Assembly: GCA_900321995.1 (NCBI GenBank)
Contig: ONYG01000232.1
Location: forward strand, 1-56,293
Direction of reading: 5' to 3'
Source: an uncultured Methanobrevibacter sp.
Lineage (GTDB): Archaea > Methanobacteriota > Methanobacteria > Methanobacteriales > Methanobacteriaceae
DNA: 56,293 nt
Of this stretch, positions 10,493 to 20,354 are shown in pieces. A program made the translations under genes and the position numbers. The notes under the pieces were generated by a model. It searched no databases and had not been told where the DNA came from. It worked only from the letters and a program-made list of their open reading frames with translations. Numbering within the stretch: the stretch's first letter is position 1; every line of letters begins with the position of its first letter.

Positions 10493-10558
10493 TAAAATCT
10501 GATATATTCTGAATGGACCAATAATAATTTCACAACCTTAAATTTCAATTAATTTCGA

Positions 10559-11266
10559 CTATATTCTGAATAAATCAATCACCATTTTAATCAATATTTT
10601 TAGTCCGACGATAGCATCTGTACCTTTATGTTGGGTTTCAGGAGTATAAATTGTTGTAATAGTGACTTCATCTAATCTGAGATTTTTATCACTGATTTCC
10701 TTAATAAATTCAGATGAAACACCATAACCAGAAGATACTATATTAATCTTATCTGCAGCCTCAGCTGTAAATGCCCTAAGGCCAGATTGGGAATCTTTCA
10801 CCTTTCTTCCATAGAAAATAAGAGTTAAGGCATTCATTACAATATTTGCAAAACTCTTGGAGATAGGCATATCTTCAAATGGCCTTGAACCGATAACCAC
10901 ATCTGCCTTGCCCTCTTGCAACGGCTTACAAACACCTGGAATATCGCTTATCTCATGCTGACCATCTGCATCAAAGGTGACTATATACTTAGCACCTTTA
11001 TTAAGGGCAACAGTCATTCCTGTCTTTAATGCTGCACCTAATCCCCTATTGATTACATGAGAGACAACAAATATTTGATTTGGATATTTCCTTTTTGATT
11101 GAGTAGCCAATTCAAGAGTATTGTCAGCAGAACCGTCATTGACAAGAATTACACTATATCCATTTTCTGCGATTCCTTCTATAATCTGGGATACAGTATC
11201 TTTTTCATTATATGCTGGAACTACTAAAAATATTCCTTCCGTATTCTCTGAATTTAAATTTGACAT
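10559..11266 (-). CDS. GT2 glycosyltransferase, dolichol-phosphate mannose synthase-like
   Basis: VVPAYNE, VNDGSADNT, NRGLGAAL, TFDADGQH and DSQSGLRA motifs. Confidence 0.9.
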   Translation of the reverse strand: MSNLNSENTEGIFLVVPAYNEKDTVSQIIEGIAENGYSVILVNDGSADNTLELATQSKRKYPNQIFVVSHVINRGLGAALKTGMTVALNKGAKYIVTFDADGQHEISDIPGVCKPLQEGKADVVIGSRPFEDMPISKSFANIVMNALTLIFYGRKVKDSQSGLRAFTAEAADKINIVSSGYGVSSEFIKEISDKNLRLDEVTITTIYTPETQHKGTDAIVGLKILIKMVIDLFRI

Positions 11267-11354
11267 GATATCTTTCTAATAATTGCTAATAAATTAATTT
11301 GTTTAATTTTGATAGAAATTATATTTTATTTATTCTCATTAGTTTATAACTTAT

Positions 11355-11813
<459 letters not shown>

Positions 11814-11920
11814 TTACTCACCATTTTTAAAAATTGATTAATATAATCGTTAAATTAATTTGATTAATAAAATATTATAATATTTTAATACATTTTTTAA
11901 ATATGTTTTTAATAATATAT

Positions 11921-12044
11921 AAATTCAATTAATTTTTAAATCAGTAAGCAAAAATAAGAAAAAATAATTCAATTAATTTTTTAAATATAAGCGAAAAAAA
12001 GAAAATAAATTCAATTATTTTTTAAATCAGTAAGCAAAATAAGT
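11921..12044. repeat. Three degenerate ~43-bp tandem copies upstream of ribC
   Basis: AATTCAATTA(A/T)TTTTTAAAT(CAG/A)TAAGC occurs three times. Confidence 0.75.
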
Positions 12045-12076
12045 AAAATTTTAAAAATAAAAAAAAGAAAAATAAA

Positions 12077-13270
12077 TTAAATCTTGTTTTGAAGAGAATT
12101 AATTCTACCCAAAACCTCATTATCCTTTGTTAAATCGTATAATATCCTATAGAAATATAGGGCTTGTGTGAAATACTTACGATTGTCTAAATCATAGCAA
12201 ATAAACCTTAAGGTGTCTATTATAAATTGATTTACTCCGACTTGAATATTCTTTGATTCAATGATTGATTCAGCATATTCCCTATTTATTTCTATATCGA
12301 CTCCTCGTGACTTTAAGTATTCAAGTTCCCTCATGGCATTCTTATTAAATTCAAAGTTTAAGCTATAATCATAAAATACTGCTGCTATGTCCAATTGGTT
12401 TTCTTCAACATAAAAGAATCCGAAATTTCTATATGCCCTAGCAATATCCTCATTTGTATATGCAAACTTTAAGGCATCTACATTATATAAGAAAAACCTA
12501 TTGTATGTTCTTGTTTTTGACTTATAAATATCTGCTAAGGCTAAAATTGTCTTTGATGAAACTGGATTAATCCTTAAGGCCTTCAATAAGTACTCTTCTG
12601 AGTTTTTAAAGCGATCATATTCAAAAAGCAGAGTTCCATATAAGTAATATAAATCAAAAATAGGCTCATTGAAAGGTATATAAACCAATTCCTTTTTCAA
12701 TCCGATATATTGATAGAATAAAATCTCTTCAAGAGGATTTAGGAAACTATGATACTCTTTATTAGTTTTTTTATCATTTTCGCCCTTATTGATTTTATTT
12801 ATCTTAACATCTTTGCGCCAGTTAACCCTTTTTTCTTTTTTTGGAGTGGTTCTGAATGATTTAGGATTATAAACGGATTTTTTGCTATCATACCTAATAT
12901 ATTGAATCTCACGAATTGATCTGTTTGAATTTAAGTCACTTTCCTTATGATTTTCGATATTTTCATATTTGTCATTAAAGCTTTCCATATGATTGTCTAA
13001 TATTTCTAAAGCAGTTTTCTTATCCTTATTTTCAATATATGGCATGACTTCATCAAGTATTCTTGATGCCTGACTCTTTTTAGACATTTGGGAGTTATCA
13101 TCCAAATAGAATTCTAAAGATTTCCAAATCAATTGGGAAATCTCTTTAATAATATCATAGGAATATTCATGATTCTTATAATAATCAAGTTGAGATACCA
13201 AGTAATCCCTATCCAAATCAGGATTTCCGCTTAAATTCCTTTTGATTTTTTCTATAATCTCTTCAGACAT
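12077..13270 (-). CDS. TPR-repeat protein
   Basis: TPR-like helices YYLYGTLL...YLLKALRINP and ARAYRNFGFFYVE...AAVFYDYSL. Confidence 0.75.
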   Translation of the reverse strand: MSEEIIEKIKRNLSGNPDLDRDYLVSQLDYYKNHEYSYDIIKEISQLIWKSLEFYLDDNSQMSKKSQASRILDEVMPYIENKDKKTALEILDNHMESFNDKYENIENHKESDLNSNRSIREIQYIRYDSKKSVYNPKSFRTTPKKEKRVNWRKDVKINKINKGENDKKTNKEYHSFLNPLEEILFYQYIGLKKELVYIPFNEPIFDLYYLYGTLLFEYDRFKNSEEYLLKALRINPVSSKTILALADIYKSKTRTYNRFFLYNVDALKFAYTNEDIARAYRNFGFFYVEENQLDIAAVFYDYSLNFEFNKNAMRELEYLKSRGVDIEINREYAESIIESKNIQVGVNQFIIDTLRFICYDLDNRKYFTQALYFYRILYDLTKDNEVLGRINSLQNKI

Positions 13271-13557
13271 AATATCATCGAATAATCACAGCAAATAGAT
13301 GACTTTATTTAAATAAAATAAATGTTTGTTTTTTAAAAAAAATACACAAATTTATATTTAAATTAAATTGCTTATAAATTTTTATAAAAACTAATGAAAT
13401 ACTAAAGTTAATTAAGATATTGAAAAACTAAGAAATATTCAGAAATTAGATATAAAAAAGATTATACTAAGAAAAAAGTGAAAAAAATAAAATAAGATAT
13501 TAAATACAGTAAAATAAGCAATAAAAAAAGAAAATATAATAAAATAATTAGTAATGA

Positions 13558-14403
13558 CTAAATTAAGCCATTCTTATCAAGATAATCAAGGATAAAATTA
13601 CGGGCTTCAGTAATTGTCAATGGATAATTTCCACCAAAATCAATGCCATCCTTTTTTTCTAAGATTTCTGCAAGGTGTGCTATTCTAGGAAGACGTAAAT
13701 CTGCTTTTCTAATTGTTTCAACATCAGAAAATACTTCATTAGGTGTTCCTGACTTAATTATTTCACCATCACTGATAAGGAATATCTTAGATGAGTATAC
13801 TGGAACAAGATCAACATCGTGTGTAGAAATGACAATAGTCATGCCCTCTTTATTTAGGGAATATAATAATTTAAGTATATGGGAAGCACCTTTTGGGTCA
13901 AGGCCTGAAGTTGGTTCGTCTAAAATCATTAAGTCAGGCTTCATAGCTAAAATTCCTGCAATGGCTATTCTTTTCTTTTGTCCTCCACTTAAATGATGAG
14001 GTGATTTCTTTTCAAAGCCAGCCATACCTACCTTTTCTAGTGAATCAGCAACTCTTTTTTCCACTTCCTCAATAGGAAGACCTAAATTCATTGGACCAAA
14101 AGCAACATCTTCTTCTACACTTGGAGCGAACAATTGATTATCAGGGTTTTGGAAAACAATTCCCACCTTTTGACGAGCTTTCAATAGACTTTCCTTGTCA
14201 TATTCAAGCTTTTCGCCATCAATAAAGATTTCACCAGATTGTGGCTGGTGAATGCCATTGAAATGCAAAAACAAAGTAGATTTTCCAGCACCATTTCTAC
14301 CTAAAAGAGATACCATTTCCCCCTTTTCAACTTTAAAATTTATGTTGTTCAATGCTTCAGTCCCATCAGGATATGCATAGACTATGTTCCTTGCCTCTAA
14401 AAT
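13558..14403 (-). CDS. cbiO: ECF/cobalt ABC transporter ATPase (CbiO family), probable ATT start
   Basis: Walker A GRNGAGKST, VFQNPDNQLF, LSGGQKKR and LDEPTSGLD. The frame extends 17 codons above the track's TTG (ILEARNIVYAYPDGTEA) to an ATT 6 nt after GGAGGT. Confidence 0.85.
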   Translation of the reverse strand: MLEARNIVYAYPDGTEALNNINFKVEKGEMVSLLGRNGAGKSTLFLHFNGIHQPQSGEIFIDGEKLEYDKESLLKARQKVGIVFQNPDNQLFAPSVEEDVAFGPMNLGLPIEEVEKRVADSLEKVGMAGFEKKSPHHLSGGQKKRIAIAGILAMKPDLMILDEPTSGLDPKGASHILKLLYSLNKEGMTIVISTHDVDLVPVYSSKIFLISDGEIIKSGTPNEVFSDVETIRKADLRLPRIAHLAEILEKKDGIDFGGNYPLTITEARNFILDYLDKNGLI

Positions 14404-14627
14404 AAAAATACCTCCAACAAATAACTATTTATCCTTTAAATATTTAAATGTTTTAAAAGTATTAAAAAAAGAGCAAAATAAGTAAAAATAGTAATACTTT
14501 CTAAAGATTTGAAAAAAATAGCGAATTAAAATAATGAAATAATAAAATAATGAATCATTAAAATAAATTAAAATAATTAAAATAATTAAAATAATTTAGA
14601 TATGATAAAACTCAAAAAAAATAAAAA

Positions 14628-15737
14628 CTAATTATCGCTAATTAAAACTTTAATAAGATATTCTAATAGAATTTTCATAGAGTTCCAGTCCTTTCTATTG
14701 AATTGACCATCTAAAATAGATTTAGAGACTGATACAGCCACCTTTTTACTTAAGAGTCCAACCCTATATTGATCAATTATATGAATCAATAATGAAACAT
14801 AAGCCACAAGTTCTGGATTTTTAGAAACTTTCATAAGTGATTGAATAAACTCCTTTTTCTTATCTTCATCATCTACCTTTAGATAATTCATATAAAAATC
14901 ATCTAGGTTCATCTTAAACCTATCTAACCTTACAAGAGCATTTAATTGATATGATGGGGTAAGCCATTGGACTTTAGCAAGAGACTCCTTAATTGACTTT
15001 ATTACTGCATTTGCAATCAGTTCACCGACTTTAGCATGCTTGCTAACATTCTCTATAAAATTTTCGCTTTCAAAATTGGAGAAAATTGCTATTCCATCAG
15101 TTCCTGTACCTGTAGCCACTTCATCTGAATAATTGCTTGATGCCATCAAGTCCCTTAATGCAACTGCCTTAGCTTCCACTGCAATCATTTCAGCCAAAAG
15201 AAGTGAATTCTCATCTAATTTGCAATTGATTAGAATGATGTTATTTATTGTTCCCGGCTTATTTGGATTTGGATTCTCATTTAAGTCAAAGTCATATTCA
15301 CCATTCAGTTCATAATAAGAAGCCACATCCCCAGCGGAAACTGCATTTACACGAACACCTGCAGTTGTTATGGTCATGACTTCAATATCCCTATACCTTT
15401 CAACAGCAATGGAATAGTTATGAATCTTTGCTGATGTGACCAGACCGCTTAACTTATTGCTTTTTAAGTTTAGCTTAGTATAAAAATCATCGGAAAGCCT
15501 TTCCAAGAATCCTAAGATGCCTCCATCATCATACTCATCGATTTCATTCTGTGACAATTGATGATTGAATACAGCTGAAAGGTCTTCACTATAGCCCCCA
15601 TTTAACCAGGAACTTACAATTCCATTCTTTTTACTTGCAAAATCAACGATAATTGTGTCATTATTGATATACACATTATCATCATCAATTGTTTTTGCAA
15701 TTAAATTGAATTCCTTTTCTTTATCATCAAAAGTCAT
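14628..15737 (-). CDS. cbiZ: Adenosylcobinamide amidohydrolase
   Basis: SSWLNGG, GLVTSA, TAGVRVNA, GTINNII, EAKAVAL and ATGTGTDGIA motifs. Confidence 0.88.
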   Translation of the reverse strand: MTFDDKEKEFNLIAKTIDDDNVYINNDTIIVDFASKKNGIVSSWLNGGYSEDLSAVFNHQLSQNEIDEYDDGGILGFLERLSDDFYTKLNLKSNKLSGLVTSAKIHNYSIAVERYRDIEVMTITTAGVRVNAVSAGDVASYYELNGEYDFDLNENPNPNKPGTINNIILINCKLDENSLLLAEMIAVEAKAVALRDLMASSNYSDEVATGTGTDGIAIFSNFESENFIENVSKHAKVGELIANAVIKSIKESLAKVQWLTPSYQLNALVRLDRFKMNLDDFYMNYLKVDDEDKKKEFIQSLMKVSKNPELVAYVSLLIHIIDQYRVGLLSKKVAVSVSKSILDGQFNRKDWNSMKILLEYLIKVLISDN

Positions 15738-15904
15738 AATATCTTCCAGTTTCTTGTTTATCCATACTTAAAGAATTTTACTATATAATAATTTATTGAT
15801 TAAACATATTAAATTATACATTTAAAAAACACTTAAAATATAAATTTATGAATTATCACTACAAAAAAATTAAAAAAATAAGAAAAAATAAGAAAAAAAG
15901 ATAA

Positions 15905-15926
15905 TTCTAAGTTATTAAACTTAGAA
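15905..15926 (-). terminator. Hairpin after the ECF S-component stop
   Basis: TTCTAAGTT-ATTA-AACTTAGAA followed by T tracts on the minus strand. Confidence 0.5.
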
Positions 15927-15927
15927 A

Positions 15928-16638
15928 TTATTTAGTTAAGTCAATACTTTCACTATTAGAGCTAGTATTAGTCAAATATTTAACCTTAGCTCTTGTAAGC
16001 ATCTTTTTAAACCAGTCATACAATACAACCAAAAGAACTGCATTTGTTACACCATGAGTCAAGTCATAGGTAAAACCGTTAATGTATAATGCAATTATAG
16101 GGGTGATTTGCAATGCTGTTCCAGAATAGAAAATAGCTGAAATGTCAGTAATCCATCCGTATAGGAAACCCCAGATCAATCCAAAGATAAATCTGAATGG
16201 CAAGCTATCGAATTTAGATGCAATAAATCCTGCACTTGCTCCCATAAGTCCCCAAGCTAACATCTGGAAAATGACCCAGTATCCCATACCCATAAAGATA
16301 CCTGAGACTAAAGCTGTAAGGGCACCGACCAGGAAACCCTCTTCCTTGCCAAATACAATACCTACCATGATTATAATGAAAGACGCAAGGTTAACAGCAG
16401 GTATTGACATCAGAATCAAACGTCCAACAGTTGCAATAGCTGTTAAGACAGCAATCAAAACAATTGATTCAACTGTAGGCTTTGACTGTTCATACATTTT
16501 AAAGACAAAATATACTATACCAATAAGTAATAAAATTGTAAAAACCAAAAGTGTAATTGTAAAAATCGGAGAGCTTGTTGCAGCTCCACTTTCAGTTATA
16601 GACATATTTGTTACCATTTCTTCTATTGCCATTATCAC
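15928..16638 (-). CDS. ECF transporter substrate-binding S component, CbrT-like (cobalamin)
   Basis: Multi-TM protein with IAVLTAIATVGR, GFLVGALTALVS, GMGYWVIFQMLAWGLMG and DLTHGVTN; lies next to cbiZ. Confidence 0.8.
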   Translation of the reverse strand: MIMAIEEMVTNMSITESGAATSSPIFTITLLVFTILLLIGIVYFVFKMYEQSKPTVESIVLIAVLTAIATVGRLILMSIPAVNLASFIIIMVGIVFGKEEGFLVGALTALVSGIFMGMGYWVIFQMLAWGLMGASAGFIASKFDSLPFRFIFGLIWGFLYGWITDISAIFYSGTALQITPIIALYINGFTYDLTHGVTNAVLLVVLYDWFKKMLTRAKVKYLTNTSSNSESIDLTK

Positions 16639-16713
16639 ACACTCTAAATTTTTAAATAATAATTTATTTTAATTAATTATAAACATAAGAATATTAAATA
16701 TTTTAAACATTCA

Positions 16714-18576
16714 TCAGATATTCCAAATGGCCTTTACATCATCTAATGTAACGGCTTCTGGAATATAATCCTTTACCATACGATTTACAAAGGTTGTATA
16801 GAAGTTATTCTCTGCAAATATCACCTTAGGATCATCATCGATTTGAAGATCCTTATCAAATAGCATCAGACATCTCCTGCAATTATTAGCAACGAAATCC
16901 AAGTCATGGCTTGTCATAAGAATGGTCAATCCATTATCGATTAATGAATTTAGGATTTCTGCAAGGTTCTTGCTTGATATTGGATCCAATCCTTTTGTCG
17001 GCTCATCCAATACTAAAAGGTCTGTATTTTGAAGCAATGCCTTAAGAATAACAATCTTTTGCTGCTCTCCTCCACTGCAGTCATAAGGATGCTTTTCAAC
17101 AAGGTCTCCAATTCCAAAGAAGTCAATCAATTCCTTAAAGCCATAACCGATGTTTTTGAATTTAATGTCATTAAGCATCTTTGATTGAATGAAGTTCTCC
17201 CCATCCAACTTCAAAAGATCATCGTAATTCTCCTTATTGAACTCATCAGCACTGAAACTGTTGGAACTTATTATTGACTCTAAAAACTCCTCCTTGACAG
17301 TGTCCTTTGAAAAGTGAATCATAGGATTTTGATGAACATAAGCTATCTTCAGATTCTTATTATACTTCACCTTACCCTTAATCGGTTTCAATATTCCAAC
17401 TAAAAGCTGGAGAAATGTTGACTTGCCTACACCATTTCCGCCAACAAGACTTACAAACTCTCCCTTAGATAACTTAAAGTCAATATTCTTTAGGATAAGA
17501 TTATTCTTTTCATAAGCAAAATAGATTCCATTCATCTTCACCAAATCATTCTTGCCATTAGAAAATGGAAGCTTGTCCTTTAGTGAAATTCTATTAGAAT
17601 GGTATTTTTTATTAGTGATGAATAGATTATCAGAATCTGAATTTGTATTTTTTAATCTACCTTCATTTATTTTAATTAAATCATCATGAATTATATTAAG
17701 ACAACGTCTACCTTCACGAATACTTAAAGGAGTATTTAATTTACTTAAAGGATTTTCATTATTAGAAAATGGACCATTTGGAGAAGAGTTGTACTTATTT
17801 GAAAGTCCATTGTAAATTTTAGTGACTGCGGGAAGATAATTTTCAAAGACATCATCGCTAATGACTTCCTGACAGATGTCATGGGCATTGTTGTCAAACT
17901 CTATTTGGCCATCTTTAAGAAATATGGCCTTATCTATGAATGGGAAAATGCTGTCAGCCTTATGCTCACTCATTATGACAGTTATGGATAACTCCTCATT
18001 CAAGCGCCTTACAATTGATAGGAATTCATAGGATGCAATAGGGTCTAGCTGAGACATTGGCTCATCAAGAAGAAGAACCTTAGGCCTCAATACAAGAAGG
18101 GAACAAAGATTAACTAATTGCTTTTGACCTCCTGAAAGCTCATTAACATTCTTATGGAGAATATCGTTAATTCCAAAGAAAGCAACTATTTCACTGATTC
18201 TGTTTCTAATCTCTTCTGTTGGAAGGCCTATATTTTCAAGTGGAAAAGCAATCTCTTGAATGACTGTGTCTGTAACTATTTGGCTGTCTGGATTTTGGAA
18301 AAGATATCCTATATCACATGCAGATGACAAGTCATCAAGATTAAAGATGTCCACACCATTATACTTTATGGAACCTTCCCTTTTGCCGTTTGGCATTAAT
18401 TCCTTCTTCAGATTAGTCAATAAGGTAGTCTTTCCACATCCAGACGGTCCGCACAAGAGAACAAAGTCTCCATAATTGATTTCAAGATTTATATCCTTTA
18501 AGGATTTCTCTTGAGAATGTGTTCCATCTGAATTTAAGTATGAAAAACTGAAGTTATCAAATTCAATCAATGCCAT
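16714..18576 (-). CDS. ECF transporter ATPase with two fused ABC domains
   Basis: Two Walker A motifs (GPSGCGKTT, GGNGVGKST), signatures LSGGQKQ and CSGGEQQ, and two LDEP motifs. Confidence 0.9.
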   Translation of the reverse strand: MALIEFDNFSFSYLNSDGTHSQEKSLKDINLEINYGDFVLLCGPSGCGKTTLLTNLKKELMPNGKREGSIKYNGVDIFNLDDLSSACDIGYLFQNPDSQIVTDTVIQEIAFPLENIGLPTEEIRNRISEIVAFFGINDILHKNVNELSGGQKQLVNLCSLLVLRPKVLLLDEPMSQLDPIASYEFLSIVRRLNEELSITVIMSEHKADSIFPFIDKAIFLKDGQIEFDNNAHDICQEVISDDVFENYLPAVTKIYNGLSNKYNSSPNGPFSNNENPLSKLNTPLSIREGRRCLNIIHDDLIKINEGRLKNTNSDSDNLFITNKKYHSNRISLKDKLPFSNGKNDLVKMNGIYFAYEKNNLILKNIDFKLSKGEFVSLVGGNGVGKSTFLQLLVGILKPIKGKVKYNKNLKIAYVHQNPMIHFSKDTVKEEFLESIISSNSFSADEFNKENYDDLLKLDGENFIQSKMLNDIKFKNIGYGFKELIDFFGIGDLVEKHPYDCSGGEQQKIVILKALLQNTDLLVLDEPTKGLDPISSKNLAEILNSLIDNGLTILMTSHDLDFVANNCRRCLMLFDKDLQIDDDPKVIFAENNFYTTFVNRMVKDYIPEAVTLDDVKAIWNI

Positions 18577-19613
18577 AGCATACGCTCCCTAATTTCTAAA
18601 TAAATCAATGGTAATAAAAATACTATAAAAGCCAAATAATAAATATTCAAAGGCAAATCGCTGAAAGAAAAGTCTATTGATGGATAGATGTTTATTATGC
18701 CATATCCTTGTATGAGTCCAAAGACAACTATTGAGACTGTGATAAAGATTATTGCAAGGAAAATAATGTCTGCCAAACCAAACTTGAATGACAAATAGCT
18801 TGTTCTTTCATTTGAGTTATATCCTCGAGCCTTCATGGATTTTGCAGTAAACATAGACTCTTCAAGTGACCAGGATACAGTGATTCCCATAATTTTTCCT
18901 AAAACCTTTGCTTCCTTTGCAATTTTCTGGAATCTTTTGCTTGATTTGATCTTGTTCAAGACCCTTGAATCAGGATTGAAGTCCATGCTTGAAATGTTAG
19001 AGTCATATTCCTCCAAATCCAATTTATTATCATTATCATTTGCATTATCATTTGCATTATCCCCATCATTAATATTTACATTATTATCATTATCAGCATC
19101 ATCATTGAGATTAGATTCTATACCATTAGTCTTTAAGTTATTCAGCTTTTGAACCTCAATAGCCCTTGAATTGATAAGAGGAATGAATCTTAATGCCATA
19201 ACAATTATCATGGAAATGATTGGAAGCTTTTTAGAAAATATGTAAAGCATTTCCTGATAGGAAACTGACCTGTTATAAGATGAAAAGACTAAAATCACAA
19301 TCAAAAGAGCTAGAGACATTAAAACACCATATGCAATAGCCTCATAAGTCACAAAGAAGTTTTGCATAAGGTAAATCTTATGAGCACCAGTCCTATTAAG
19401 CAAAGGATTCAGAATGATTATCAGCAAGCTTAATGGAATAAAGAACTTCATAATGTTCTTAAGCTCAGAAGAGACTCCTTGAAGTGAAATTAAAACAAGG
19501 ATAAGAATCAAAAAGCTTATGACAAAGTAAGGATCGCTGAAAATGAATGCGAAGAGAACCATTATAAAGTAATATAATAAGTAAACACCTGGATGAATAG
19601 CTGTAAGTTCCAT
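18567..19613 (-). CDS. ECF transporter transmembrane T component
   Basis: IHPGV start, MALRFIP and SMKARGY motifs; overlaps the ATPase start by 10 nt. Confidence 0.88.
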   Translation of the reverse strand: MELTAIHPGVYLLYYFIMVLFAFIFSDPYFVISFLILILVLISLQGVSSELKNIMKFFIPLSLLIIILNPLLNRTGAHKIYLMQNFFVTYEAIAYGVLMSLALLIVILVFSSYNRSVSYQEMLYIFSKKLPIISMIIVMALRFIPLINSRAIEVQKLNNLKTNGIESNLNDDADNDNNVNINDGDNANDNANDNDNKLDLEEYDSNISSMDFNPDSRVLNKIKSSKRFQKIAKEAKVLGKIMGITVSWSLEESMFTAKSMKARGYNSNERTSYLSFKFGLADIIFLAIIFITVSIVVFGLIQGYGIINIYPSIDFSFSDLPLNIYYLAFIVFLLPLIYLEIRERMLWH

Positions 19614-20354
19614 AATTGTTCTCCTAAGTCATTGTCATAAGGATTTGATAAATAAAGATAAAAAAATCCATTTAGAATCAATATTTAATTAAAGAATTTA
19701 TGATTAGTATTAAATAAACATTAACTAATCAAAAAATAATATTTTCTTTTATTAAAGTTTATTTTGAAATAATATTTTTATTATAATTTATATTTTAATT
19801 TGTAATGTATATAAAGATTTCTTTATAAAAAATAAAACAAATTTGATTTAAAATTAAGATAATTGATTAAAATAATTTAAAAAATAAAATAAATAGTCAA
19901 AATTATTAAAAATAGATTCATAGCAATATTTGAATTATTTATATCACAAAAAGTAGTATGCTTAAGGATAATAGTGAATTAAAAATTATTTAACAATCTA
20001 GCAAATTTAAATAAAATATAAAACACCATATAAAAAATCCAAAAGCACACAACACAATTTAATTTATTAAATAATAAAATATGTTTTATAAAAAATAAAT
20101 TATAATTGATGATAATAGTATATTGTTACTTATTTATAAATATTTTTATAATTTAATACGATGAAAACAAAGACAAAATAAAAAGGAAATAAACAATTTT
20201 AAGAAATTATTAAAATTATAAAAATAGCACAATATTAATTATTTAAAATTGAAGTGAATAAAAAAATAAAAACATTAAATTAAGAAATAAAAAAAAGATT
20301 AAAAAAAGAAAATAAGAAAAAATAAAAAAAAATAAAAAAATAAAAAGTTATAAA

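Noticed and set aside
19614..20354. Cobalamin riboswitch upstream of the ECF genes
   Set aside because: The region is extremely AT-rich and lacks the GC-paired core and B12-box.
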